Of a DNA stretch of 64,000 nt, positions 8,898 to 17,927 are shown piece after piece. Below the pieces are notes generated by a model. The model had not been told where the DNA came from and made no database searches. It was given only the letters and a program-made list of their open reading frames with translations. The position numbers and the translations under genes are program-made. Numbering within the stretch: position 1 is the first letter of the stretch; every line of letters starts with the position of its first letter. The stretch lies in assembly GCA_036676985.1 (NCBI GenBank), contig JAKFBU010000039.1, forward strand, positions 64,001 to 128,000. Direction: 5' to 3'. This DNA comes from Candidatus Sericytochromatia bacterium (GTDB taxonomy: Bacteria > Cyanobacteriota > Sericytochromatia > S15B-MN24 > UBA4093).

Positions 8898-9955
8898 GAG
8901 CGGACCTCCTCGGTGGGGTGTTCGTCGGCGGGCACGCGGTAGAAGGCCACCCCGCCGGAGTAGCCGCCACCCAGCGTGGCGAGGGCGATGAGGGCGCCGG
9001 GCCGCCAGGCCGGCAGGCGACGGGCGCGCTCCAGGGCGATCGCGATGGACGCCGCCACGGTGTTGCCCGTCTCGGGGATGGTCACGACCCGCTTCTCCAC
9101 GGGCAGCTCAAGTAGCTCGAAGATGCGGTCGAGCATCACGAGGTTGGCCTGGTGCGGGATGACCATGTCGAGGTCGTCCAGGCCCACGCCCATCTCGCCG
9201 CATGCCCGGCGCACGAGGTCCGCCATGGCCCTGACGCCCTTGGCCGTGAGCTCGGCAGCGTCGCGGATGACGATGTAATGGCGCCCCGCCGCCACCGTCT
9301 CGGCGCTGGGGGGCTCGACGGTGCCGCCCGCGGGAACCATGACCATCTGGTTCAGGTCGCCCTCGGTCTGGAGCATGAGGCCGATGAAGCCCTCGTCCGG
9401 ACGGCTCGCCGGGCCCAGGATGGCCGCCCCCGCGCCGTCCCCGAAGATGGGGGCCGTGCGGCGGTCCTGGTGGTTGATGAAGCGCGATCGCAGCTCCGCT
9501 CCCATCACGAGCACCCGGGAGAGCCCCGTGTCCACCCCGCGCAGGCCGTGGTCGAGAGCAAAGAGAAAGCCCGCGCAGGCCGAGTTGACGTCCATGGCAG
9601 GGCAGGTGGCCCCCAGCTTGGCCTGCACCGCGCAGGCCGTGGCGGGGGTGGGCCAGTCGCCGGAGATGGTGGCGAGGACCATGCGATCCAGGTCCGTGGG
9701 GGCGAGGCCCGCATCCGCGAGGGCCGCGCGAGCGGCGGCCACCGCGAGGTCGGAGGTGGCAAGCGACGGGTCGGCCCAGTGGCGCGATCGCACGCCCGTG
9801 TGGCGCTCGATCCACTCCGGGGTGAGGCGCAGGCCCGTGCGCGCGATGAAGGCCTCGTTGGTCAGGGGCTCGCCCGGCAAGAAGGAGCCGGTGCCGAGTA
9901 GCCGAGCGGTCTGACGCGGACGGTAGAGCACGACTAAATCCTCAGCACCACGCAA
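8894..9955 (-). CDS. 3-oxoacyl-ACP synthase III (FabH-like) A
   Basis: Catalytic Cys (NSACAGF), His (IPHQAN) and Asn (TGNT); FGDGAGA. The true start is probably ~20 nt downstream of the ORF start. Confidence 0.93.
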   Translation of the reverse strand: MRGAEDLVVLYRPRQTARLLGTGSFLPGEPLTNEAFIARTGLRLTPEWIERHTGVRSRHWADPSLATSDLAVAAARAALADAGLAPTDLDRMVLATISGDWPTPATACAVQAKLGATCPAMDVNSACAGFLFALDHGLRGVDTGLSRVLVMGAELRSRFINHQDRRTAPIFGDGAGAAILGPASRPDEGFIGLMLQTEGDLNQMVMVPAGGTVEPPSAETVAAGRHYIVIRDAAELTAKGVRAMADLVRRACGEMGVGLDDLDMVIPHQANLVMLDRIFELLELPVEKRVVTIPETGNTVAASIAIALERARRLPAWRPGALIALATLGGGYSGGVAFYRVPADEHPTEEVRS

Positions 9956-10944
9956 GCCGCCGTCACGCCACCCCCCACGGCCACCATGGCCACATGCTGC
10001 CCGCTCCGCAGGCGTCCTTCACGCCGGGCGTCATGCACCGACAGGAGCACGCTCGCCGAGCTCGCGTTGCCGTAGCGCTCGAGGGTGTGGAAGGCCCGCT
10101 CTTCGGGCACGCCGCAGTCGCGCAGGGCCCGGCGCAGGATAGGAGCGCTCGCCTGGTGCGGGATGACGAGGTCCACGTCGTCGGGAGCAAGGCCCGCGGC
10201 CTCGAGGGCCTCGCGGTAGACCACGGGGTAGCAGTCCCGGACGAGCTCCGAGACGTCTTCCGTGAGCCGGATCTGGTACTCGTCCCGGGCGATGGCCTCC
10301 GGGGTGGGCGGATAGAGGCCGGGGGGCATCATGGCCGCCGCGTGCTCCGCCTTGGTCCAGAGGGATCCGCCGAGAAAGGCCCCCGGGCCCCGACCCAGGA
10401 CCAGGGCTGCCGCCCCGTCGCCCGCGACCGCCATGGGCCCGGGCAGGCCGGGTGGCGTGAGCTTGGTCCAGGCCTCGGAAGCGACCAAGAGGATGGTGCC
10501 CGTGCCGAGGGACATCATGGAGGCTGCGACCGTGAGGCCGTAGAGGCTGCTCGAGCAGCCCGCCTTCAGCTCGAGGGCAAAGCCCCCGATGCCCAGGGCC
10601 TTGGCCACGTGGTTGCCTGTGTTCACGCTCGGGCGCGGGGCGGTGGTCGTGATCATGAGCAGCCCGTCGATGGCCTCGGGGGAGATCCCCGCGTCGTCGA
10701 GCGCGCGGCGGGCGGCCTCGATGGCGAGGTCCTGGCTCGTGGTCTCCGCGTGGTCCGCGGGCTGGCCGATGACGTGGGTCCAGTGGCGGGTCTCGACGCC
10801 CGAGAGCTTGCGCAGGCCTTCCGGGCTGAGGGCCTGGGTGGCGCCCGCGGCCTCGAGCAGCTCCTGGTTGGTGATCCGGCGCTCCGGAAGGGCCGCGCCG
10901 GCCCCCAGGATGGTCATCCCGTCGAAGCGACCGAAACGGCTCAT
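9934..10944 (-). CDS. 3-oxoacyl-ACP synthase III (FabH-like) B
   Basis: Starts MSRFGRF; Cys (KAGCSS), His (IPHQAS), Asn (YGNASS); AGDGAAA. Confidence 0.92.
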   Translation of the reverse strand: MSRFGRFDGMTILGAGAALPERRITNQELLEAAGATQALSPEGLRKLSGVETRHWTHVIGQPADHAETTSQDLAIEAARRALDDAGISPEAIDGLLMITTTAPRPSVNTGNHVAKALGIGGFALELKAGCSSSLYGLTVAASMMSLGTGTILLVASEAWTKLTPPGLPGPMAVAGDGAAALVLGRGPGAFLGGSLWTKAEHAAAMMPPGLYPPTPEAIARDEYQIRLTEDVSELVRDCYPVVYREALEAAGLAPDDVDLVIPHQASAPILRRALRDCGVPEERAFHTLERYGNASSASVLLSVHDARREGRLRSGQHVAMVAVGGGVTAACVVLRI

Positions 10945-11723
10945 GCGCGCTCCGCCACGATGACGCCGTAGCCGAAGCGGCGCTTGTGGATCTTCCAGAA
11001 GGCCCCGAGGTCCCGGAGGTAGGCGCGGAACTGCGGATCCCGGACGAAGAGCCCGATCATGCGGGCCACGGCCTTGAGGCCGCCCGTGCCGTTGTCCCGC
11101 AGGAAGGAGCCCAACGTGGAGCGATCGGAGATGGTGGGGTGGAACTCCCAGTAGACGATGCGGAATCCCGCCCGCTCGTAGGCCGCGCGCCACTCGTCCT
11201 CGCTCAGGGGGTTCATGCGCACGCCCTCTAGGCCCTCGAGCGTGTCGAGCACCTCGGTCGGCACGGGCTCGTGGCAGGTCATGACGATGTCCGCGATGCG
11301 CCCGCCCGGCTTGAGCACGCGGCGCAGCTCGGGCAGCACCCGGTCCTTGTCCAGAAAGAGGGTCACGGACTCGGCGAAGAGCAGGTCGAAGGTCTCGTCG
11401 GCAAAGGTGAGGGCGTAGGCGTCGCCCTCGACGAAGGTCGCCTTGGCGCCGAGCGAGCGGGCGCGCTCCCTGGCGCGCTGGATCATACCGGGGCTGCGAT
11501 CGACCCCCGTCACCTCGGCCCCGTAGCGGGTCGAGAGCAGGCAGGACGTCTGCCCGACGCCGCAGCCCACGTCCAGGAGCTTGTCGCCGGCCTTGAGGCC
11601 CGTCTCGCGGATGAGGCGGTACGTCGCGGCCATGCCGCCCGGGTGCATGCTCGACATGCCGAGGGCGGCGATGCGCTCGAACCGGTCCAAACGCGCGAAA
11701 TCTTGAGCGTTGAGCTGCAGCAT
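10941..11723 (-). CDS. Class I SAM-dependent methyltransferase
   Basis: HPGG, LLDVGCGVG, VTGVD, GDA..L.F.DETFD and RVLKPGG motifs; start at ATG 11723. Confidence 0.92.
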   Translation of the reverse strand: MLQLNAQDFARLDRFERIAALGMSSMHPGGMAATYRLIRETGLKAGDKLLDVGCGVGQTSCLLSTRYGAEVTGVDRSPGMIQRARERARSLGAKATFVEGDAYALTFADETFDLLFAESVTLFLDKDRVLPELRRVLKPGGRIADIVMTCHEPVPTEVLDTLEGLEGVRMNPLSEDEWRAAYERAGFRIVYWEFHPTISDRSTLGSFLRDNGTGGLKAVARMIGLFVRDPQFRAYLRDLGAFWKIHKRRFGYGVIVAERA

Positions 11724-11770
11724 GGGGTCATTATACCAGAGCGACACGGCGTTTGGACTACTGATATACT
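11724..11770. promoter_or_regulatory. Back-to-back extended -10 promoters for the biosynthetic operon (-) and the acyltransferase (+)
   Basis: Minus strand TGGTATAAT lies 6 nt before ATG 11723; plus strand TGATATACT at 11762-11770. Confidence 0.6.
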
Positions 11771-11808
11771 TTGTAGTGCCCGTCCGATCTGCCAAAGAGG
11801 ATGCCCGC

Positions 11809-12627
11809 ATGTCCCGCACCGCGCCCAAGAGCCATGGCCCCATCCGTTTCGCGCTCTGGATCGTCTACGACCTGGCCTGGATCGCCTTCGCCGGTCTGCT
11901 CTACGGCGCGGGCGTGCTCGCCGCAGGGGCGTTCCTCACGTGGGTCCACGGGCTGTGGGGCTGGACCGGCGTCGCCTTCGGCGTGCTGCCCGCCTACATC
12001 CTCATGCTCCTGGTGGTGGTGGTCCTGATGGGCGTGGTGAGCGCCCTCAGCCCAAAGGTGACGCCGGGCATCTACGAGAAGTTCAAGCCGGGCCCCTTCT
12101 TCGCCCTCGTCTGGCGCACGGGCCTGAGCAACGTCATCTTCGCCATGCCCTTCCTGCGCACGGTGCACTTCATCGCCCTCCTGCGCTTCCTGTACTACCG
12201 CGGCCAGGGCATGAAGACCCATTACGAGAACTGGATCAGCCCGGACGTCACGATCGCCGACGCCTTCATGATCACCCTCGGGCGCGGCGTGAACATCGGG
12301 GGCCTCGCGAGCCTGAGCGGCCACCTGGCCCTGCCCGATCGCATGATCATCCTGCCCATCGTCATCGGCGACCGGGCGGTCATCGGGGCCCATGCCAAGA
12401 TCGGCCCGGGCGTGGAGGTGGGCGCGGACGCCATGGTGGGGGCGAACGCGACCCTGTCCATCAACGTCAAGGTCGGCGAGGGCGCCACCGTCGAGGCCGG
12501 CAGCTTCGTCAAGACGAGCACGATCATCGGCCCCTACGAGAAGTGGGGAGGCTTTCCGGCCGAAAAGATCGGTGAGGTGCGGCGCCCGAAGGCCGAGACC
12601 GCCTCAGCCGCGCCAAGCCAGGATTGA
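11809..12627 (+). CDS. Membrane-anchored hexapeptide-repeat (left-handed beta-helix) acyltransferase
   Basis: Two to three N-terminal TM helices followed by IVIGDRAVIGAHAKIGPGVEVGADAMVGANA repeats and WGGFPA. Confidence 0.85.
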   Translation: MSRTAPKSHGPIRFALWIVYDLAWIAFAGLLYGAGVLAAGAFLTWVHGLWGWTGVAFGVLPAYILMLLVVVVLMGVVSALSPKVTPGIYEKFKPGPFFALVWRTGLSNVIFAMPFLRTVHFIALLRFLYYRGQGMKTHYENWISPDVTIADAFMITLGRGVNIGGLASLSGHLALPDRMIILPIVIGDRAVIGAHAKIGPGVEVGADAMVGANATLSINVKVGEGATVEAGSFVKTSTIIGPYEKWGGFPAEKIGEVRRPKAETASAAPSQD

Positions 12628-12761
12628 CGGCAAAGCCCCGGATCGCATCCCCTAGGTACGGGGGCGGGAGCCTCGTCAGCAAGTTTCGCTCAAACTTAAC
12701 CGACCGTTAAGAAGCCGTTCTCCCGCTGGGCGCGATAACGCTCCTGGTGGAGGAGTACGAC

Positions 12762-13427
12762 ATGCGGATTCCAGGCTCCAACCTGATCATGAACCGGCTG
12801 GCCAGCAAGGCCCGCCAGGCCGCGCCCATCGAAAAGGCCGCCCAGGCCGTCAAGGCCGTGGCGCCCCGCGTGTTCTTCTTCCATGGCGTGGATGCCAAGG
12901 GGCTCAAGGACCACGGCCGCGGGGCCATGGACGCCCTCGCCGAGCGCTTCCGCAAGGAAGGCTTCCCCGAGGCAAAGGCCCTCCACTACAACAGCGACAA
13001 CTTCCTAGTCAATCAGCTCGCCATTCCCCGCGAGCAGCTGTTCGGCACCTTTTCGGATCGCCTGACCAAGCAGATCCTCGACGAGATCGATCGCATGCCG
13101 CTCGTGCCCGGCCAGAAGGTCAACCTGGTGGGCTACAGCCTCGGCACCAAGGTCGCGGCCAACGTGGCCGAGGCCCTCGACCAGCGCAAGGTCCCCGTCG
13201 GCGTGCTCGCCCTCATCGAGCCCAAGAACGGCAACACGGCGCAGGCCCTGCGCAAGCTGCCCAAGGCCGAGAAGGTCGTGCTCGTCGAGAACCAACGCAA
13301 CCTCACCTTCCAGAATCCCTTCGGCGACACCTTCGTCTCGAAGCACGTGCCCCACAAGAACCACTTCGAGATGGTCGAGCAGCCCGACGAGGGCATGATC
13401 CGCTACCTGCTGGATCAGATGAAGTAG
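12762..13427 (+). CDS. Alpha/beta-hydrolase, thioesterase-like
   Basis: FFHG, GYSLG nucleophile elbow, LALIE and C-terminal NHFEM; GGAGG RBS. Confidence 0.8.
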   Translation: MRIPGSNLIMNRLASKARQAAPIEKAAQAVKAVAPRVFFFHGVDAKGLKDHGRGAMDALAERFRKEGFPEAKALHYNSDNFLVNQLAIPREQLFGTFSDRLTKQILDEIDRMPLVPGQKVNLVGYSLGTKVAANVAEALDQRKVPVGVLALIEPKNGNTAQALRKLPKAEKVVLVENQRNLTFQNPFGDTFVSKHVPHKNHFEMVEQPDEGMIRYLLDQMK

Positions 13428-13434
13428 CCAGCCC

Positions 13435-15624
13435 TTGCTCCACCGGTTCCTGGCTTCCCTCGCGCACGGCGTCCGCCGCTTCCCGCACCTCTTCATCGCC
13501 TGCTGGCTCATGCTGGCCGCCCTCGGGCTGGTGGCGCGGCCCGCGCTCGAATCGCGCCTCGTCCAGGCCGGCAACCCGCCCATCGGCAGCGAATCGGCCG
13601 AGGTCCAGCGGGTGCTGCGCGAGGCCTTTCCCCGCTACGCGGGCCTCTCTCACCTGATCGTCCTGCACCACCCCGATCGACCGCTCGATCCGGCACAGGA
13701 GCGTGCCCTTCGGGATCGGCTCGGCACCTTACCCCTCGTCCGCTCGGTCTCCGGGTGGGAGCTCGACGCTCGGGATACGGACGCGCTCCTGGTCGTCACG
13801 GACCCCGCGATCCCGGCCGTTCAGGCCGTTCAGGCGTTGCGCGGCGCCGTACCGCCGCTATCCGGCGTCGAGGTGTCGGTCACAGGGGCGTCGGCTGCCT
13901 CCTACGACCTGTTCGAGCTCCTGGGCGAGCGCCTGGCCGTCATCGAGGTCGTCTCCCTCCTGCTCGCCGCCCTCGCGCTCGGGTACGTCTTCGGAAGCCC
14001 GTTGCTCGTGGCGGTGACGCTGGGTGCAGGGCTCTGCTGCCTCGCCATCCTGCCCGGTCTGACCTACCTCGTGTCCCAGGGACTGCCCGTGAGCAGCCTG
14101 AACATGGTGATCGCCGCCGTGTTCGCCCTGGCCCTCGGCCTCGACTACCCGCTGTTCTTCCTGAGCCGCCTGCGCGAGGAATACGCGGGGGAGGCGGCAA
14201 CCGCCCTCGAGGCGAGCCTCGAGGGAGCCGGAGCCACCATCGTCGTGTCGGCCGCCGTGATGACGGCCGGCGGACTGTCCCTGTGGGCCGTGCCCTCCGG
14301 AGAGCTGCGCTCGATCGCCGTCACCATCGCGGGCTCGGCCGTGCTGGCGGCAGGCCTCACGCTCACCTTCATCCCGGCCCTGCTCGGGCTTTTCGCCCGA
14401 CGATGGGATCTCGGGCGCCAGCTCAGGCTCGAGCGGCGGGAGGCGGGCGATCGCCTCTGGGCCGAGCTCGCGCGCCGCGTGACGAGCCGCCCGGTTTCGG
14501 CCCTCATGGGGTCGCTCCTCTTCTTCGGGCTCCTGATAGCGCCGGTCACCCAGCTCAAGAGCTGGGCGCCGTACATCTCCCAGCTGCCGTCGGAGCTGGA
14601 GTCCAAGCGTGGCCTGGATCGGCTGCTCGCCCTCGAGGAGGGAGGCGGCATCAGCCCCCTCCTCGTGCTGTGGCAGGCCGACGGGCCCGACCAGGTGCTC
14701 GATCCGGGCTTCATCCGCCACATGCGGGGGGTTTCGCAGGATCTGACCCGGGATCCGCGCATCGCCCACGTGGAGAGCGCGGCCTCGCTGCCCGTGGCCC
14801 CGGAGGGCATCCGCACCCTCGCCCGGGCCCCGACCATGCTGCTCGGCGGCCGGGACCTGGGGATCAGCCCGGACGGCCGGGTGGCGCTCATGCGAGTGAC
14901 CTCGACGTACGCGCCGGACGATCCGCGGGGAGAGGGGCTGGTCGGTGAGCTGCGCGATCGCCTCCAGGCCAAGCCATACCCTGGCGTGACGCCGCTCGTC
15001 GGCGGCATGCAGGCGGAGCTGGCCGACACCCAGACAGCCTTCGCCCGGGGCCTGCCCTGGGTGGTCGGGACGACGCTCCTGTCGGTGACGCTCTTGCTCG
15101 GGTGGTACCTGCGATCGGCCGTCCTGCCCCTCAAGGCCCTCGTGACCAATCTCCTGCCCGTGCTAGCGGCCCTCGGCATCGTCGTCATGGTCTTCCATTG
15201 GGGTTGGGGGCCGGAGGTCCTGCGGGCGGGCCCGCCCATGCCCCTCCAGTCCACCACCGTCACGATCCTGCTCTCCGTGCTGTTTGCCGTGAGCATGGAC
15301 TACGAGATCTTCATGCTGGCGCGGATCCGCGAGGCCTATGACGCGAGCGGCGCACCGACAGAGGCGATCGCCCACGGCCTCAGCCGATCCGGCCGCGTGG
15401 TGCTGGGGGCCGCCCTCATCCTGCTCGGCGTCTTTATTCCCTACACGGCCATCGAGGTGCGCGGCCTCAAGGAGCTGGGAGTGGGCCTGTCCGCGGCCAT
15501 CCTGCTCGACGCGACGTTGGTGCGCCTGCTCCTGGTGCCCGCCGTCATGGTCCTGATGGGTCGCTGGAACTACTGGGTTCCCAGCAAGCAAGATTTAGCC
15601 AGATTTAAACAAACTGGGAACTAA
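13435..15624 (+). CDS. MMPL/RND-family transporter
   Basis: About 12 TM helices; ALGLDYPLFFLSRLREE and AVSMDYEIFMLARIRE motifs; LDATLVRLLLVPA. Confidence 0.93.
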   Translation: MLHRFLASLAHGVRRFPHLFIACWLMLAALGLVARPALESRLVQAGNPPIGSESAEVQRVLREAFPRYAGLSHLIVLHHPDRPLDPAQERALRDRLGTLPLVRSVSGWELDARDTDALLVVTDPAIPAVQAVQALRGAVPPLSGVEVSVTGASAASYDLFELLGERLAVIEVVSLLLAALALGYVFGSPLLVAVTLGAGLCCLAILPGLTYLVSQGLPVSSLNMVIAAVFALALGLDYPLFFLSRLREEYAGEAATALEASLEGAGATIVVSAAVMTAGGLSLWAVPSGELRSIAVTIAGSAVLAAGLTLTFIPALLGLFARRWDLGRQLRLERREAGDRLWAELARRVTSRPVSALMGSLLFFGLLIAPVTQLKSWAPYISQLPSELESKRGLDRLLALEEGGGISPLLVLWQADGPDQVLDPGFIRHMRGVSQDLTRDPRIAHVESAASLPVAPEGIRTLARAPTMLLGGRDLGISPDGRVALMRVTSTYAPDDPRGEGLVGELRDRLQAKPYPGVTPLVGGMQAELADTQTAFARGLPWVVGTTLLSVTLLLGWYLRSAVLPLKALVTNLLPVLAALGIVVMVFHWGWGPEVLRAGPPMPLQSTTVTILLSVLFAVSMDYEIFMLARIREAYDASGAPTEAIAHGLSRSGRVVLGAALILLGVFIPYTAIEVRGLKELGVGLSAAILLDATLVRLLLVPAVMVLMGRWNYWVPSKQDLARFKQTGN

Positions 15625-15684
15625 ATTTTACCGACCCGTCCCGGGCACCGTCCGATAAGCTCTGAGGGGAACCAACTGGGAAGG

Positions 15685-16986
15685 GTGGCACAAATGGCAG
15701 GACTGGTCGATTCTCGCAACTTCAGCTCGGCAGTGCAGCGGATGGCGGGCGCTCAGCGCTCCCCCGTGGAGGCGGGCGGCGGCCTTTCCAAGCCCAACGT
15801 CATCTCCATGCCCTCGCCGAACCAGAACGATCGGCCCGGTGGGATCGATATCGACACCATCGTCCTCCACCACACCGCCGGCGGCGGTCGGGCCGAGGAC
15901 ACCGGTCGCTTCTTCCAGAACGCCTCGGCGCAGGTGAGCTCGCACTACATCGTGGGCAAGGACGGCACCATCGTGCAGTCGGTCCCCGACAACAAGCGCT
16001 CCTGGCACGCCGGCACCAGCAGCTTCAAGGGCAAGGACGACGTCAACGACTTCTCGCTGGGCATCGAGATCGTCAACCTGGGCAACGGTAAGGATCCCTA
16101 CACCGATGCCCAGTACGATGCGCTCATCAAGCTCGTGGCCTGGATGTGCCAGACCTACAAGGTCCCCATGGACCGGATCACCGGGCACAGGGACGTGGCC
16201 CTCCCGCGCGGCCGCAAGGTCGATCCGTCCGATAACTTCGACTGGAACCGGGTTCGCAACGGCGTCGACAAGCTGCTCAAGGGTCAGCAGGCTCCGGCTC
16301 CCAAGCCCGAACCCAAGCCGGAACCCAAGCCCGAACCGAAGCCGGAGCCCAAGCCGGAGCCCAAGCCTCAGCCCGCTCAGGATACCGTTCAGATCAGCCC
16401 CGACGCCCGCGCCCAGGCGCCGGCGCCCGTCACGTCGCGCGACATCCAGCCCGTGGTGGCGAACGACATCCAGCCGTTCACCCCGCCCGCCGCACCGCCT
16501 GCGACCGCCTACGGGCCGCCCCTCTCGACCGCTCCCTACACCGCGGCGGTTCCTGTTTACCCGCAGGCTCCGCTCGCCTACGGCACGCCGACGCCCATGG
16601 GCACCATCGGCACGACCCCCGGCACTCCCTTGCCGATGGTCCAGCCCGCGGCCTTTGCCTACCAGCAGCCTGCTGCCTACGGGTACCAGCAGCCTGCGGC
16701 CTACGCGTATCAGCAGCAGGTCGCCTACCAGCAGCCCGCGACCCACGCGTACCAGCAGCCGGTCGCTTACCAGCAGCCCGCGACCTACGCGTATCAGCAG
16801 CCCGGCTACGGCTACGCGACGTACCAGGCCCCCGTGGCCTATCAGCAGCCCGTTTCGTACGCGGCCTATCAGCAGCCGGTCGCTTACCAGCAGCCCGTCA
16901 CGTACGCGTCCTACCAGCAGCCCGTCGCGTACCAGCAGCCCGGCTACGGCTACGTCCAGCCCGCCTACGGCTACGCCCAGGCCTGA
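15685..16986 (+). CDS. N-acetylmuramoyl-L-alanine amidase (Amidase_2) with PKPE linker and YQQP repeat tail
   Basis: IVLHHT, SSHYIV, SWHAG, SLGIEIVN and GHRDV..RKVDP zinc-amidase motifs. Confidence 0.9.
   Translation: MAQMAGLVDSRNFSSAVQRMAGAQRSPVEAGGGLSKPNVISMPSPNQNDRPGGIDIDTIVLHHTAGGGRAEDTGRFFQNASAQVSSHYIVGKDGTIVQSVPDNKRSWHAGTSSFKGKDDVNDFSLGIEIVNLGNGKDPYTDAQYDALIKLVAWMCQTYKVPMDRITGHRDVALPRGRKVDPSDNFDWNRVRNGVDKLLKGQQAPAPKPEPKPEPKPEPKPEPKPEPKPQPAQDTVQISPDARAQAPAPVTSRDIQPVVANDIQPFTPPAAPPATAYGPPLSTAPYTAAVPVYPQAPLAYGTPTPMGTIGTTPGTPLPMVQPAAFAYQQPAAYGYQQPAAYAYQQQVAYQQPATHAYQQPVAYQQPATYAYQQPGYGYATYQAPVAYQQPVSYAAYQQPVAYQQPVTYASYQQPVAYQQPGYGYVQPAYGYAQA
16300..16368 (+). repeat. Intragenic 12-bp tandem repeat encoding (PKPE)n
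   Basis: ccNaagccNgaR repeated about 5.5 times. Confidence 0.9.
16657..16986 (+). repeat. Intragenic imperfect repeats encoding (AYQQP)n
   Basis: 12 YQQ units (taYcagcagccN). Confidence 0.9.
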
Positions 16987-17001
16987 TCCCTCCTCCCCCA
17001 C

Positions 17002-17037
17002 GCCTCGCCCTCACCGCTGCCGCGGTGGGGGCGAGGT
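17002..17037 (+). terminator. GC-rich stem-loop downstream of the amidase
   Basis: gcctcgccctcaccgc-tgcc-gcggtgggggcgaggt; no clear U tract. Confidence 0.5.
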
Positions 17038-17152
17038 GCTCCAAGGAGGTTTCAACGAAAGTTAAATCAAGCGCAACCTCGCAATAAGAAAGATCCCCCG
17101 GATCTCCCGGATAAGCAGTACAAGAGTTGTTAAGTGAGGGGGAGGTCCACCC

Positions 17153-17926
17153 ATGACGTTCGCGAAGAAATCTCTGCTCACCCTGCTGGCGGCCGTCGTC
17201 AGCGCGAGCCTCATCGCGGGCTGCGGCGAGGCCCCCGGCACCGTCGTCGACGACGGCAAGAACATGAAGGACCTGCGCCTGAACCAGAACAACCAGCAGG
17301 TGTCGCAGCAGAACCAGCAGGCGCTGATCCAGCAGATCATGCAGGGCGTGACGGCCACCCGCGCTCGGGTCAACAACATCCGCTGCGACCTGACGGGCTA
17401 CTTCGTCAACGAGAAGACCGGCCAGCAGGGTTCCAACCAGGCGAAGTTCGCCTTCGAGAAGCCCAACAAGACCTCCATCTACATGGTCCAGAGCAGCGAC
17501 CCCAAGACGGTCGGCACCAAGCTCGTCTGGACGGGCGGCAAGGACCTGGCCGTCAAGACGAAGTTCATCGGCTTCTGGGTCAAGACCAACATCGATGTCC
17601 ACGATCCCCGTGCCACCGACCAGCGCGGCTTCTTCCTCGACGAGACGGGGATCAACCCCCTGATGGACACCCTCCTGGATCCGCGCAACCAGGTGACGGT
17701 GATGGGCACGGGCCAGTTGAACGGCGTCCCCGTCGCCCAGCTGAGCATCGTCTCGCCGCGCAGCCTCCGGGGCATCGCCCGCGAGGTCTACGTCATCGAC
17801 GGCCAGAAGATGGTGCCCATCGTCCGGGAGATGTACGATAAGAGCGACAAGCTCGTCGTCCGCCTGAGAATGGACAACATGGTCCTCAACTCGACCATGC
17901 CGAGCAGCACCTTCCAGCTGGAGTAA
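17153..17926 (+). CDS. Lipoprotein with LolA-like (outer-membrane lipoprotein sorting) fold
   Basis: Lipobox LIAGC; KFAFEKPNKT; beta-rich C-terminus ending STFQLE. Confidence 0.7.
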   Translation: MTFAKKSLLTLLAAVVSASLIAGCGEAPGTVVDDGKNMKDLRLNQNNQQVSQQNQQALIQQIMQGVTATRARVNNIRCDLTGYFVNEKTGQQGSNQAKFAFEKPNKTSIYMVQSSDPKTVGTKLVWTGGKDLAVKTKFIGFWVKTNIDVHDPRATDQRGFFLDETGINPLMDTLLDPRNQVTVMGTGQLNGVPVAQLSIVSPRSLRGIAREVYVIDGQKMVPIVREMYDKSDKLVVRLRMDNMVLNSTMPSSTFQLE

Positions 17927-17927
17927 C

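Noticed and set aside
16657-16986. Regular repeats that might be a CRISPR array
   Set aside because: They are in-frame coding repeats with wobble variation, no unique spacers and no cas genes.
15685-16986. Prophage endolysin
   Set aside because: No holin, structural or integrase genes are nearby and codon usage is host-like.
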